Positions 32,876 through 43,510 of a DNA stretch of 64,000 bases are shown piece by piece. The notes beneath the pieces were generated by a model that searched no databases, was not told the DNA's origin, and saw only the letters and a list, made by a program, of their open reading frames with translations. Every line of letters begins with the position of its first letter. The first letter of the stretch is position 1. Position numbers and translations under genes: made by a program. Origin of the DNA: Longimicrobiales bacterium (lineage in GTDB: Bacteria > Gemmatimonadota > Gemmatimonadetes > Longimicrobiales > Gaopeijiaceae); assembly GCA_965218295.1 (NCBI GenBank), contig CBDCKN010000013.1, positions 448,001 through 512,000 on the forward strand, in the 5' to 3' direction.

Positions 32876-34297
32876 GCAGCTCCTGCGGACTCGGAGGTGG
32901 TAGATAGGCCGCTGCGCCGGCGGTTCGCTCCGTCGTACAAGCTGCGGATCGTCGAAGAAGCGGACCGGTGCACGGAGCCCGGAGAGGTTGGCCGACTCCT
33001 ACGGCGGGAGGGCTTGTACTCGTCGCACCTGACGACATGGCGCAAGGCGGCGCATAGCGGGTCCCTGAAAGCGCTGTCGAAGAAACGAGGCCGTAAGCGC
33101 GAGCGCAATCCGCTGGAGGAGAAGGTGCGCAAGCTGGAGCGCGAGAACACTCGCCTCGAGAAGGAGCTCCAGAAGGCGCACTTGATCATCGACGTCCAGG
33201 GAAAAGTTGCAGGGCTGCTGGGATTGAGCCTCGAGGACGGGACGAACTCATGAAGGCGACCCAGGAGCTAGCCAAGCACGTAGGGGTGAAGCCCGCGTGC
33301 GATGCGCTCAGGGTGCCGCGAGCCACGTTCTACCGTCGTCGGAGTGCATCGACCGGGCATCAGCAGCCCCGCCCGACCCCCGCCCGGGCCTTAAGTGAGA
33401 GGGAGCGGGACAAGATTTTCGACACCCTGTGTTCGGAGCGGTTCGTGGACCGGTCCCCAGCCGAGGTGGTGGCGACGCTGCTCGACGAGGACGTCTACCT
33501 GTGCAGCGAGCGTACGATGTATCGCGTTCTGGCTTCCCAGGTGCCGGTTCAGGAGCGTCGAGCGCAGCGGAGTCATCCCAAATACCAGAAGCCCGAGTTG
33601 ATGGCGAGGGGCCCGAACCAGGTCTGGTCCTGGGATATCACCCGGCTGCTGGGGCCGAAGAAGTGGAGTTACTTCTACCTCTACGTGATCCTGGACATCT
33701 TCAGCCGCTACGTCGTGGGATGGATGGTGGCGGATCGGGAGAACTCTGCCCTGGCCAGCCGGCTGATCCAGCAGAGTTGCTTGAAGCATGGCGTCCAGCC
33801 CCACCTCCTGACCCTGCATTCCGATCGAGGGGCTCCGATGACGAGCCAATGCACGGCTCAACTACTCGCCGATCTCGGCGTGACCCGCTCGTTGGGCCGA
33901 CCCCAGGTCTCGGATGACAATCCGTTCTCCGAGGCTCAGTTCAAGACCTTGAAGTACCATCCCTCGTTTCCCGGCCGGTTCGGGGATCAGGGGCAAGCCA
34001 AGACCTTCTGTCGCTCGTTCTTCCGTTGGTATAATGCCGAGCACCGCCATGGCGGCATCTCGATGCTGACCCCCGAACAGGTCCACTTCGGTCACGCCGA
34101 TCGGATCATCGCCTGCAGGAAGGCCGTGCTCCGTGAGGCATGGGCCGCTCATCCCGAGCGCTTCGTCTCCGGTGAGCCGAAGCCTAAACCACTCCCGGAG
34201 GCCGTCTGGATCAATCCTCCCACCCCATCCCTCACTACACAGGAGATTGCTCTCTAATTGATTTCCAAGAGTGTCTCACTGGCGTTGACAGGTTCCG
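32876..34297 (+). mobile_element. IS3-family element, copy 4, left end missing (orfB 33250-34257)
   Basis: Begins inside orfA (GCAGCTCCTGCGG) directly after copy 3's right end. Confidence 0.93.
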
Positions 34298-34363
34298 CGC
34301 CGACCTCGGGTAAGGTGGGTGTGAGGAACACAACACCGAACCATGAGAGGAAGGAGGCCACCA

Positions 34364-34620
34364 ATGGAGAGAGTGCCACAGCTTGTACGTCGAGGCAAGA
34401 AGGACCGAAGGATGGGTGCGCCGAGTGAACTGGACTGGGAAGCGATCGAGGCGCTGAGGACCGAGATGCGGGTGGAATTGATCCAGGAATTGATACCGCT
34501 TGGGCTGGCGGAGGTGGGGCGGGTGCTGGACGAAGAGGTCGAGCGGTTGGCGGGTCCGAGGCACGCCCGCAAGGGAGAAGGAGAAGTGATCTACCGGCAT
34601 GGGAGCAACCCGGGCTCGCC
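34364..34620 (+). pseudogene. IS256-family transposase N-terminal fragment
   Basis: 'ELIPLGL..V...LDEEVERLAGPRHAR...YRHGSNPGS'; truncated. Confidence 0.65.
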
Positions 34621-35049
34621 GAAGCGGCGGAGACCGCAAGGCATGAGGAGCAAGGCCATGGGCGAACCTACCGGATAGAGGACCGTTCCACGTGGCAATG
34701 GTAAGCCCGTGGTGGCCTTGAACGGCTTCGGTCTACGCGTCCCTCGGATGCGATCTGAGACAACGGCAAGGATTCCCGCCAATCGACTCCGGCTTTCCGG
34801 CTATTGTGACACGATGGAGTCAGATATCGTCCGACGGCAAGTGCGGCAGATCGTGCAGTCCTAGTTGAACTCTATCATCATCTTCCAGGGTCATCCATAG
34901 CAGTCCGCTAGTTGTCCGTTAACATCCTGTATGACAATGGTTTATCGGTTGCAATGAGTATCTCCCTGTCCCTTGCGGTTCGCCGACATCCCGTGTATTC
35001 TTCCCCATGTAGTGCTGCAATAAGTGATACACTACTGAGGAAGGAACGC

Positions 35050-36207
35050 ATGACGAAGCGACCGAGAACGCTCTCCGCCGCGTTCGTGCGCACGATCAGT
35101 CGGCCCGGCGTGTACGGGGACGGGCGCGGGGGGCGCGGGCTGAGTCTCCGGGTGCACCGGACGGTCACGGGCCGGATCACCAAGACATGGCGTCAGCGCG
35201 TCAGGATCGACGGTCGGCTGACCTCGATCGGGCTCGGGCCGTATCCCGAGATCACGCTCGCCGAGGCCCGGCGGAAGGCGCTGGACAACAGCCGGGCGGT
35301 GCGCCACGGCAGCGACCCGCGCGGGTGCGGCGTCCCTACGTTCGCCGAGGCCGCCGAACGCACCATCGAGCTTCATCGCGACGGCTGGAAGACAGGGAGC
35401 CCGCTTCCGGAGCAGTGGGAGTCGACATTCCGTCTCCACGCCGCTCCGCTCCTGGACATGCCGGTGGACCGCATCGCGAGCGCGGACGTGCTGGGGTGCC
35501 TCGCGCCGATCTGGACATCGAAGCCGGCCGCCGCCCGGAAGGCCCGGAACCGGATCGCGGCGGTCTTCCGCTGGTGCATCGGTCGGAACCACCGCCCGGA
35601 CAACCCGGTGGACCGGGCGATCGTGGCGCTGCCGAGGGCGAACGGCAACGCGCCGAACCATTATCGCGCGCTTCCGCACCAGGAGGTTGCCGCGGCGCTC
35701 GAAGCCATTCGCCGGGTCAGGTACATACACCCGTCGGCGGTGTTGTGCGTCGAGATGATCGCGTTGACGGCGGTCCGGGCCGGAGAGGCGCGCGGGGCGC
35801 GTTGGGACGAGATCGGCATGGAGGCTGCGAGGTGGACGATCCCGGCGTCGAGGATGAAGGCCGGGCGCGAGTTCTCCGTCCCGCTGAGCACGGGCGCGCT
35901 CGGCGTGCTCGACCGCGCGCGGGCGCTGTCTCGCGGGTCGCCGATGGTGTTTCCCTCGAGAACCGGCGGGCTGCTGCCGCTGAACGCGCCGGGGCGCGTA
36001 CTTCGGCGGGCCAGAGTCGCTTCGACGGTTCACGGCTTCCGTTCGAGCGCGCGGTCGTGGATGGCCGAATCCGGCGTCCCGGCTGAGGTCGCGGAGGCCT
36101 GCCTTGCTCACGTGCCGCGCAGCCAGGTCGTTCAGGCGTACCAGCGGTCGGACCTGCTGAAGCGCCGCGCCGGAGTCATGCAGGCGTGGAGCGACTACGT
36201 CAAGTAG
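35050..36207 (+). CDS. P4-like tyrosine integrase with arm-binding domain
   Basis: 'YGDG..GRGLSLRV...GLGPYPEITLAEAR'; catalytic 'TAVRAGE', 'MKAGR', 'HGFRSS', 'LAH', 'AYQR'. Confidence 0.93.
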   Translation: MTKRPRTLSAAFVRTISRPGVYGDGRGGRGLSLRVHRTVTGRITKTWRQRVRIDGRLTSIGLGPYPEITLAEARRKALDNSRAVRHGSDPRGCGVPTFAEAAERTIELHRDGWKTGSPLPEQWESTFRLHAAPLLDMPVDRIASADVLGCLAPIWTSKPAAARKARNRIAAVFRWCIGRNHRPDNPVDRAIVALPRANGNAPNHYRALPHQEVAAALEAIRRVRYIHPSAVLCVEMIALTAVRAGEARGARWDEIGMEAARWTIPASRMKAGREFSVPLSTGALGVLDRARALSRGSPMVFPSRTGGLLPLNAPGRVLRRARVASTVHGFRSSARSWMAESGVPAEVAEACLAHVPRSQVVQAYQRSDLLKRRAGVMQAWSDYVK

Positions 36208-37219
36208 CGATAGGCCGGAGTCCTTCGGTCAGGTTTGGGCGTCCGTAACAGGTGCGCTTAGGCCTACAGCCTCTTGAGGTGTGGGTTGGTGCCGATTCGA
36301 GCTTCGCCATCGCCTCTGCCAGCTCCTCGTACACGGCTTCCCAGGCGTCTTCATCCCGGTACCCGCCGGTGGCGTACGTCTTCTGAATCCGGCATGCCCG
36401 TCGTCCTTCCTTGGTGTCCCACTCCAGCGGGAGGCCGAAGGCGCCTTCGATCTTGTCGCTCTTGTGGGAAAGTGCCTCGAAAATGCGCTGGTTCTCGTCA
36501 CCGTCCCGAGTGTCGATGTACAACTCGACACGAGCGTTACGCTGGCCGACTACGTAGTTGAAGGTGACACCGGCGATCCCTGACCCTGCCCCGAGCCACG
36601 TATACTTGCTGGGGCTGATGTTCGCGTGCAGTTGAGTTCTTGACTTGGCGTGCTCCAGCAACCCTGCGAAGAAACGGTAACGCAGTCGTTCCCGTTCAGC
36701 CATTTCTTCCTTCTTCCGGCCTACTTCACGGGTTTCCTCGCTCGGTCCTACGATCTGAGTAAGGAGCGGCGCGGGTTCAGAATCACCGATCCGAATCGCT
36801 TCGAGCTTGAGCAGGTAGAAATCTGCGGAAGAACTTTCGTTCAACCACGCAATCACCGCCACATGCTCAGGACGAGGATCCGCAGCGATCCAAACTGCCT
36901 TCCGTGCCTGAATGCCTACGAGGTACGTGAGGAGCTTCCCAAGATGGTTATGATCGCTCTTCTCCAACTGGTTCTCGATAACAACGGGGCGCCCGTCTTC
37001 GTCTTCGGCAATGAGGTCGACGCTGAACGCGCCAGCAGGCTGCTCGCGTTCGGCACCGCTGAGCTGAAGGCCCGTAGCCTCGGCGATGACCTCCGCGTTG
37101 TCCTCCAGCCAGGTGGTGAAGTCGAGCGCTTCGTGGCTCCACACCTCGCGGAGTCCCACGCGCTGAATGCGCCCAATCCCTTGGTCCCGCTCCTTGCCCC
37201 CAAGATTCAGTTCACTCAT
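36200..37219 (-). CDS. DUF4268 protein with an N-terminal PD-(D/E)xK/NucS-like domain
   Basis: 'LREVWSHEALDFTTWL', 'VDLIAED...VVIENQL..SDHNHLGKLLTY', 'IEGAFGLPLEWD'. The last codons may be frameshifted. Confidence 0.8.
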   Translation of the reverse strand: MSELNLGGKERDQGIGRIQRVGLREVWSHEALDFTTWLEDNAEVIAEATGLQLSGAEREQPAGAFSVDLIAEDEDGRPVVIENQLEKSDHNHLGKLLTYLVGIQARKAVWIAADPRPEHVAVIAWLNESSSADFYLLKLEAIRIGDSEPAPLLTQIVGPSEETREVGRKKEEMAERERLRYRFFAGLLEHAKSRTQLHANISPSKYTWLGAGSGIAGVTFNYVVGQRNARVELYIDTRDGDENQRIFEALSHKSDKIEGAFGLPLEWDTKEGRRACRIQKTYATGGYRDEDAWEAVYEELAEAMAKLESAPTHTSRGCRPKRTCYGRPNLTEGLRPIAT

Positions 37220-37332
37220 GCGTTGACCCTTGGCTGTCGTCATTCGCCGCCACGGTATTCTCCCCGGCCTTTCTCATGGCTTGGCTCGATGGGCTTCGGC
37301 AAGCTCCTCTAATCTATTCCAAACGGGGAATG

Positions 37333-38710
37333 GAGCTAGGATCAAAGGGTGTGTAAAAAGAGAGGCGACGTACCTTTCCGCTGAGTAATAACCAGCGAAC
37401 TCCGGGTGACAGCCCGGGGGAAAGGAACGACGCCTCGTGAGGAAGAATACGGTGGGACCCGAGGGTGAGTCCAGGACGCCCGTGTGGGAAGTTCTGGAAG
37501 AAGTGGTTCGGGAGAAGGCGCAGGAGTTCATTCAACAGATCTTGGAGGAGGAAGTCACGGAGTTGCTAGGGCGAGAGAAGTCAGAGCGCAGGAGGGTGGT
37601 GGACGCGACCGAGGGCTACCGCAACGGATACGGCAAGCCGAGGCGGCTGGCGATGAGCTCGGGCACGATCACACTCCGACGCCCTCGAGTTCGAGGCCTT
37701 GAGGAGCGGTTCGAGAGCCGCGTGCTGCCGTTGTTCGCGAGGCGGACGAAGGAGCTGGGCGCTCTGCTTCCGGAGCTGTATCTGCACGGACTGGCGGAGG
37801 GAGACTTCGAGTTGGCGATGCGGGGCCTGCTGGGCGAGGGGGCACCGCTGTCGAAGTCTTCGATTCGGCGGCTGCGGGCGGGATGGACGGCGGAGTTCGA
37901 GGAATGGAGCCAGCGTCGCCTGGAGGGTCGTGAGGTCGTCTACGTGTGGGCGGACGGGATCTATGTGAAGGCAGGGCTGGAGCGGGACAAAGCGGCGCTG
38001 CTGGTGGTGCTGGGTGCCATGCGAGACGGGACGAAAGAGGTGTTGGCCCTGAGAGCGGGCTACCGAGAGTCGGTCGAGTCCTGGTCCGAGGTGTTGCGGG
38101 ACCTGAAGGCACGCGGCATCGAGGCGCCCCGGCTTCTGATGGCGGACGGTAACGCTGCGATCTGGGGCGCAGTACGGCAGGTATGGCCTGAGGCGGGTGA
38201 GCAACGGTGCTGGAACCACAAGATGAGGAACGTGCTGGACCGACTACCTCAGCGGGAGCAGGGCGAGGCGAAGGATCTTCTCCGGGCCGTGGTCTACGCA
38301 CCGAGCCGGGCCGAGGCCCTGAAGGCCCGCGAGGTGTTCGCCCGACGCTATAGGCCGTGGTATCCGAAAGCAGTGGACGTACTCGAGGACGACTGGGAGC
38401 GGATGGTAGCGTTCTACGACTTCCCCGAGGACCACTGGAAGCATCTACGCACGACGAACGTGGTCGAGAGCCCGTTCGCCGCGGTACGGCTCAGGACGAC
38501 AGCAGCGAAGCGGTTCAAGCGGGTCGAGAGCGCTACGGCGCTAATCTGGAAGTTGCTCTTGGTGGCTGAGAAGCGGTTCCGAAGGCTCGACGCTCCTCAC
38601 CTCCTCAAGGACGTATTTGAAGGAAGAAAGTTCGAAGACGGAAAGCCCGTCTCACACCAACAGCGGAAGAACGCCGCCTAATACGTTTACACACCTATTG
38701 ACCCAACCTC
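37333..38710 (+). mobile_element. IS256-family element (1378 bp, 8-bp TSD GGGGAATG)
   Basis: IRL GAGCTAGGATCAAAGGGTGTGTAAA; IRR reverse complement GAGGTTGGGTCAATAGGTGTGTAAA. TSD at 37325-37332 and 38711-38718. Confidence 0.95.
37437..38681 (+). CDS. IS256-family transposase
   Basis: 'YRNGY', 'WADGIY', 'MADG', 'QRCWNHK', 'RTTNVVES'. Confidence 0.95.
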   Translation: MRKNTVGPEGESRTPVWEVLEEVVREKAQEFIQQILEEEVTELLGREKSERRRVVDATEGYRNGYGKPRRLAMSSGTITLRRPRVRGLEERFESRVLPLFARRTKELGALLPELYLHGLAEGDFELAMRGLLGEGAPLSKSSIRRLRAGWTAEFEEWSQRRLEGREVVYVWADGIYVKAGLERDKAALLVVLGAMRDGTKEVLALRAGYRESVESWSEVLRDLKARGIEAPRLLMADGNAAIWGAVRQVWPEAGEQRCWNHKMRNVLDRLPQREQGEAKDLLRAVVYAPSRAEALKAREVFARRYRPWYPKAVDVLEDDWERMVAFYDFPEDHWKHLRTTNVVESPFAAVRLRTTAAKRFKRVESATALIWKLLLVAEKRFRRLDAPHLLKDVFEGRKFEDGKPVSHQQRKNAA

Positions 38711-39124
38711 GGGGAATGTCGTACTAGCACTAGCCGACGCTCCTCGGCGGCGCGGGCTTGGATGAGGGACTCGTTGTTCCGCGAATGGAGCGCCGGGCGG
38801 TCAGTTCGCGGTGGCCCGCGTGATCGACTCGCCGCCTTGCGAGCACCGTTTCGACGCAGCTGTACGATGACGGACGGTGGCATGGGGAGCGCATCGAGTG
38901 CCCCCGACAGCGACCGCGCCTCGACCAGCCACGATTAGGGCTCTTCGGAGAGGCGAAGGAGGTGCCGCTGGCGGAGGCCGATCCGGCTCCGGGACCACGC
39001 TGGAACCCTTCGGAAGTCGAATCGATTCACGATGTTGACACCGCGTGAAATGGACTTCTCCGTGTACGGTATGGAGACTCCGCCGACCCGAGATCCCCGG
39101 TGCCGGAGGCCGTCCGGCGTGTTC

Positions 39125-39290
39125 GCCGGGGGGCTGTCTGGCACCCTTAAGGTGCCTAAGCCAGCCCACGCAGTGTTGAACACTGCGGCCTGGCAAGGGG
39201 GTCGCTGCGCCCCCCTCGAACCCCCAGCTTGGCGCGCCGCTGGCGCAGCAGCGGACGGACGCGGGACACCACACTCCGAACCCCGTCGCC
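39125..39290. promoter_or_regulatory. ColE1-type oriT
   Basis: TAAGCCAG at 39157-39164 is the reverse complement of the ColE1 nic core CTGG^CTTA. It is flanked by hairpins (GGCACC-ctTAA-GGTGCC; CGCAGTGT-TGA-ACACTGCG) and lies upstream of mobC. Confidence 0.7.
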
Positions 39291-39299
39291 GGTGCGCCC

Positions 39300-39638
39300 G
39301 TGCCTGAGCGCCGCACCGTGATGGTCGCCGCCCGCGTCACGCCGGCGGAGCGCGCCGCCTGGCAGGAGAAGGCGGCGGCAGTGGGCGTATCCCCCTCCGC
39401 GTTGCTGCGGGAGGCGATGGCCCGGACGCGGACATGGACCGCGCCCGCGCGGGCGGTCGAGGGTGAGCGCATCCGCCAGATCGCGCGCATCGGCAACAAC
39501 CTGAACCAGCTTGCGCGCTGGGTGAACACCCACAAGACGGCGGCCGAGGCCGTATCGGTGATCGCCCACCTCGTGTCGTTCGAGCGGTCGTTGCGTGAGG
39601 TGGCCCGCACCGGCGAGGGTCGCGGCGATGCACCTTAA
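39300..39638 (+). CDS. mobC: MobC/MbeC relaxosome accessory protein
   Basis: RHH-like N-terminus; 'RQIARIGNNLNQLAR'. Confidence 0.9.
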   Translation: MPERRTVMVAARVTPAERAAWQEKAAAVGVSPSALLREAMARTRTWTAPARAVEGERIRQIARIGNNLNQLARWVNTHKTAAEAVSVIAHLVSFERSLREVARTGEGRGDAP

Positions 39639-41169
39639 ATTCCTCCCCCACGGCAAGGGCTCCGCCCAGGCGGCGGTCGACTATCTCGTCGGAGAGCAGG
39701 ACGCCGAGGGACAACGGCGCAAGGGCGTCGAAGTCGTCCGCGGGAATCCTGACATGGTGGCCGCCGTAGCCAACTCGCTCGACTTCGAGCGCAGGTACAC
39801 GTCGGCCGTGATCGCGTGGGCACCGGAGGACCGGCCGACCGGCGAGCAGATCGAAGCCGTCCTCGACGAGTTCGAGAAGACGGCGTGGGCGGGACTGGAG
39901 CCGGACCGCTACGCGTGGACGGTGGTCCTGCACCGCGAGCGCGGGGGCGGCGTCCACGCGCATGTGCTCGCCACGCAATGCGACCTCCAGACGGGCCGCA
40001 GCCTGAACATAGCGCCCCCCGGCTGGCAGCGGACCTTCGATCCGCTGCGCGATGCCTTCAACCACGAGCACGGCTGGAGCCGCCCAGACGATCCGGAGCG
40101 CGCGAGGGCGCAACAGCCGGGCCACCGCGCCTACATCGAGGCCTCGAAGCTGCGGGCCGGGCTTGAACACGAGGGGGACCCGCGCGACCTGATCCGCGAC
40201 TACCTGGTGCAGCGCGTCGAGCACGGCGCGGTCAAGGGCCGCGCCGACATGGTCTCCGCCCTGGAGGATGTCGGTCTCGATGTGCCGCGCCAGGGCAAGA
40301 ACTACATCACCGCCCGCGATCCGGACAGCGGCAAGCGGTGGCGGCTGAGAGGAGAGCTGTATGAGCAAGACTTCGAGCCCGGCCGACTTGACCTCCCGGC
40401 TGCGGACCCGCTTGGAGACCGACCGGGAGCAGATCGAGGAGACAGCCAAGCACGAGCTAGAGCGGCTTGGCGAGAGCTTGAGCGCCGCCGCGAGCGGCGC
40501 GCTGCGTTCCATCGAGGCCGATACGGCGGAAGCGACCGCCCGGATGAGCGTCCTGCTGAGGCGCGCGTGGCTCCGGCCCCTGGTGGTCGGCCTGAGCCTT
40601 TTTCTCGGGTTCAGCGGCGGGAGTTGGGCGACGATGTATTGGTTGTCGGCGAGTATCCAGCGCCGGACCGAGACGCTGGGAACGGCGAACCTGCGGATCG
40701 AGGACGCGCGCGAGATGCTGGCCGAGATCGAGGAGACGACTTGGGGCGTGACGCTGCGGGAGGTCGACGGGGAGCGATACGTGACGCTGCCGGCCGGAAC
40801 TTTGGTCCGCCCGGCCTTCAGCGTGGACGGGCGGCCTTACGTGAAGCTGTCGAGAGAGTGAGAGAACTGTATGACCGACTTGGAACGGCGGCTGGTGGTG
40901 GCCTTGGAGACGTTGTCCGCGCAGTACGAGATGGAACGGCGGCAGCACGCCGAGCAGGTCGAAGCCTTGCAGCAGCAGGTCGAAGCCTTACGGCTGCGGG
41001 TCGAGCGGCGGGCCGCGGAGAACGAAGCCTTGCAGAGGCGAATCGAGCGGCTCGACGGGCAAGTGACAAGCTGGATCGAATACTTCGGGACGCTCGCCGC
41101 GAGGTCGCGCGGCCGCTGGATCTGACGCGCCGGCGTGGGCCAGAGCGCGATCATGGTCCCAGCCGCTGA
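39628..41169 (+). CDS. ColE1-like (MOBP5/MbeA-type) relaxase
   Basis: 'KFLPHGKGS...VDYL', 'YTSAVIAW', 'HRERGGGVHAH', 'DLQTGRSLNIAPPG', 'WSRPDDPERAR'. Confidence 0.9.
   Translation: MHLKFLPHGKGSAQAAVDYLVGEQDAEGQRRKGVEVVRGNPDMVAAVANSLDFERRYTSAVIAWAPEDRPTGEQIEAVLDEFEKTAWAGLEPDRYAWTVVLHRERGGGVHAHVLATQCDLQTGRSLNIAPPGWQRTFDPLRDAFNHEHGWSRPDDPERARAQQPGHRAYIEASKLRAGLEHEGDPRDLIRDYLVQRVEHGAVKGRADMVSALEDVGLDVPRQGKNYITARDPDSGKRWRLRGELYEQDFEPGRLDLPAADPLGDRPGADRGDSQARARAAWRELERRRERRAAFHRGRYGGSDRPDERPAEARVAPAPGGRPEPFSRVQRRELGDDVLVVGEYPAPDRDAGNGEPADRGRARDAGRDRGDDLGRDAAGGRRGAIRDAAGRNFGPPGLQRGRAALREAVERVRELYDRLGTAAGGGLGDVVRAVRDGTAAARRAGRSLAAAGRSLTAAGRAAGRGERSLAEANRAARRASDKLDRILRDARREVARPLDLTRRRGPERDHGPSR
40361..40861 (+). 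CDS. MbeB-like mobilisation protein, overprinted in the relaxase gene
   Basis: Alternative-frame ORF with a TM helix and 'WGVTLRE..GERYVTLPAG'; same nested position as ColE1 mbeB. Confidence 0.7.
   Translation: MSKTSSPADLTSRLRTRLETDREQIEETAKHELERLGESLSAAASGALRSIEADTAEATARMSVLLRRAWLRPLVVGLSLFLGFSGGSWATMYWLSASIQRRTETLGTANLRIEDAREMLAEIEETTWGVTLREVDGERYVTLPAGTLVRPAFSVDGRPYVKLSRE
40871..41125 (+). CDS. MbeD/MobD-like protein, overprinted in the relaxase gene
   Basis: 'MTDLERRLVVALETLSAQYE' resembles the MbeD N-terminus; coiled coil. Confidence 0.75.
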   Translation: MTDLERRLVVALETLSAQYEMERRQHAEQVEALQQQVEALRLRVERRAAENEALQRRIERLDGQVTSWIEYFGTLAARSRGRWI

Positions 41170-41300
41170 TCGGGTCCGTCATCGGAAGCGACGGGCGGAT
41201 TCCCGGTCAGGGTGCGTCGATGGAACAAGAGCAGTGGGGCAGAGCGGTGAATCTACTTGAGCGGGGCATGGTTCACGATGGCGGCGCTCCTCGGAAGCAC

Positions 41301-41367
41301 TTGACAGGGGGTGCGTCTCCGGCAGATGTTGTTCCGTCGTTCGCGATAGATGAGAATGAGTCTCATT
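41301..41367 (+). promoter_or_regulatory. Promoter (-35 TTGACA) with a Fur-box-like operator
   Basis: TTGACA at 41301; 7-1-7 palindrome TGAGAAT-G-AGTCTCA at 41351-41365. Confidence 0.7.
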
Positions 41368-41384
41368 TACAACCAAGCCATGCA

Positions 41385-42422
41385 ATGCTGACCAACATGC
41401 GATTCCTGCGACTCGATTTCCGCACCTGGACCGCCGCTGCCGCCATCGCGTGGGCATCCTGGGGGTGCGCGTCTTCAGGCATGACTTCCCACTCGCCAAC
41501 CGCTTCGCCCCCGCCCGAGCCCGGTGCACAGCTGAACTCCGGGACGAACCCGGCCGGCCTGCTTCTGATGGCCCATGGCGGCGGTCCGGAGTGGAACGAC
41601 CGTGTAAGCGCCGCCGTCGACGACCTGCGCGACCACATGCCCGTGAGCGTCGCCTTCGGTATGGCGAATCCGCACACACTCCAGGCATCTCTGGACTCGC
41701 TTCACGCTCGCGGAGTGAGCACCGTAGCCGTGGTCCGGCTGTTCGTCTCGGGATTTTCCTTCCTGCACCCCACCGAGTACCTCTTCGGACTCCGCGCTGA
41801 CGCCCCCGCCAGGGCCATGGTGGGCCATCGATGGGTGGACGGCGACCAACTCGCGCCACTGCGCACCGACGCCAGGATTCTGCTTGACCTAGAGGGGATG
41901 GCAGGTTCCGACGAAGCTGCCCAGATCATGGTGTATCGCGCGGACGCGCACGCCCCCAACCCGTCCGGGACCGGAGCCCTCCTCATCGCGCACGGCATGG
42001 GGGCCGAGGACGAGAATCGTGCGCTGCTCGCGGCGATGGAGGACGCGGCCGCGGCGCTGCGCTCGAACGGATACGCCGAGGTGGAGCTCGCCACGCTGCG
42101 CGAGGACTGGGCAGCGGAACGCGTCAAGGCCGAGGAACACATCCGCGCGACCGTGGCTCGGATGGGGACCGAACACGACCGGGTCGTCGTCATCCCCTAC
42201 CGCGTCTTCGGGTTCGGCCCCTATGCGACCGTCCTCGACGGACTCGACTATACCGGTACGGAGGGGCTGCTGCCGCACGAACTCGTCACCCAATGGATCA
42301 CCGGCCGAGCGACCTCAGTCTTCTGCGCCGCCGGCCTGCCGTCTCCGCTCGGGCTGTGCGACCCGACCATGACCCAGACCTCCAACCCCGCCGAGATCAG
42401 CGGGCGGGCAAATCCATCCTGA
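41385..42422 (+). CDS. CbiX/SirB-like class II chelatase-fold lipoprotein
   Basis: Lipobox 'ASWGC'; two domains 'LLMAHGG...VAFGMA...VVRLFVS' and 'LIAHGMG...VVVIPY'. Start could be 41397. Confidence 0.75.
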   Translation: MLTNMRFLRLDFRTWTAAAAIAWASWGCASSGMTSHSPTASPPPEPGAQLNSGTNPAGLLLMAHGGGPEWNDRVSAAVDDLRDHMPVSVAFGMANPHTLQASLDSLHARGVSTVAVVRLFVSGFSFLHPTEYLFGLRADAPARAMVGHRWVDGDQLAPLRTDARILLDLEGMAGSDEAAQIMVYRADAHAPNPSGTGALLIAHGMGAEDENRALLAAMEDAAAALRSNGYAEVELATLREDWAAERVKAEEHIRATVARMGTEHDRVVVIPYRVFGFGPYATVLDGLDYTGTEGLLPHELVTQWITGRATSVFCAAGLPSPLGLCDPTMTQTSNPAEISGRANPS

Positions 42423-42436
42423 AAGGGAACGCCCCA

Positions 42437-43510
42437 ATGAAGATCGCCAGAACGTGCCGCGCCCGGCGCGTCGCTTTCGCTGCAGCAATGCCTGCAATCC
42501 TGACAGTTCTCATCGCCTGCGAGTCCGAGGTCACCGCTCCCGAAGAGGTCTTCGAGGAGAGGATGATAGCCATCGACGCCTCGTCCCCGATCGCCCTCGC
42601 ATACGTGAATCTCGACAACGGGGCCGTGGTGACGCCCTCGGATCCGAGCACCTCCACCGACTGGCACATGGCGTTCCGGCGCTTTTCCATCCGCCTGAAC
42701 GGAGGCGTAGCGGGCCCAGGGTCGGTGGCGGGATTCAACCTCGGGAACAACGCGAGCATGTCCGCCGAGCAGGTCACGGCCATGACCGAGCAGGACGGTG
42801 TCGCCGCCTTCCAGGCCGTGACAGAAGCCGACATCCCTGCCGCGTCATCGTTCATGGAAGACGGCTTGGCGCCCGACCCCGGCGCCTCGTGGTTCCGGTT
42901 CGACTTCCGCACTGGCGGCCTCGTGGCCAATCCGGGCGTCGCATGGAAGCTGCGCGAGTCGTCCGGGCGCGGATTCGGGATCTTTCGGGTCACCGCGCTG
43001 GAAATGGAGGGCCAGCGGCCCGTCGGCGCGACGATCGAATTCCGCAGACACGCCCCGAACGGCACGCTCGGCGCCGCTGAGACGCTGTCCGCCGATCTGC
43101 GGCGCGGCCCCGTGTTCTTCAGCTTGGCCGACGGTCCCGCGATGAGCCCGGCAGGTTGCGGATGGGACCTCGGTGTGACGCCAGACCTGTCCATCGAGGT
43201 GAACGCCGACTGTGGGGCCGGCACCTTCCCGCTCGACATCACAGAGGACTTCACGGCCCTGTCGAAGGCTGACGACGCGCCCGAGTACGGAGGGTTCCTG
43301 TCGACCATCAGCGGTGCCTTCCCGGCCACGGTAAGTGACGCCAGCGGCTTCTTCTGGTACAACATCCAGGAGAACAGCCGCATGTGGCCGACCTACAACG
43401 TCTTCCTGGTGCAGGCCGACGAGCAGGTCTACAAGGTGCAGATCACCGACTACTACGACGCCAGCGGAAACTCTGGACATCCGACGCTGAGGTATCAGCG
43501 ACTGAGGTGA
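42437..43510 (+). CDS. HmuY-family heme-binding lipoprotein
   Basis: Lipobox 'LIAC'; 'DWHMAFRRFSIRLNGG', 'GWDLG', 'YKVQITDYY..SGNSGHPTLRY'. Confidence 0.85.
   Translation: MKIARTCRARRVAFAAAMPAILTVLIACESEVTAPEEVFEERMIAIDASSPIALAYVNLDNGAVVTPSDPSTSTDWHMAFRRFSIRLNGGVAGPGSVAGFNLGNNASMSAEQVTAMTEQDGVAAFQAVTEADIPAASSFMEDGLAPDPGASWFRFDFRTGGLVANPGVAWKLRESSGRGFGIFRVTALEMEGQRPVGATIEFRRHAPNGTLGAAETLSADLRRGPVFFSLADGPAMSPAGCGWDLGVTPDLSIEVNADCGAGTFPLDITEDFTALSKADDAPEYGGFLSTISGAFPATVSDASGFFWYNIQENSRMWPTYNVFLVQADEQVYKVQITDYYDASGNSGHPTLRYQRLR

Noticed and set aside
21558..34297. Composite transposon carrying bioY and the GmrSD-like gene between IS3 copies
   Set aside because: No matching outer target duplication, and the IS density makes flanking by chance likely.
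41220..41384. Long N-terminal extension of the chelatase-like ORF
   Set aside because: The region holds the -35 element and Fur box; the signal peptide starts at 41385 or 41397.
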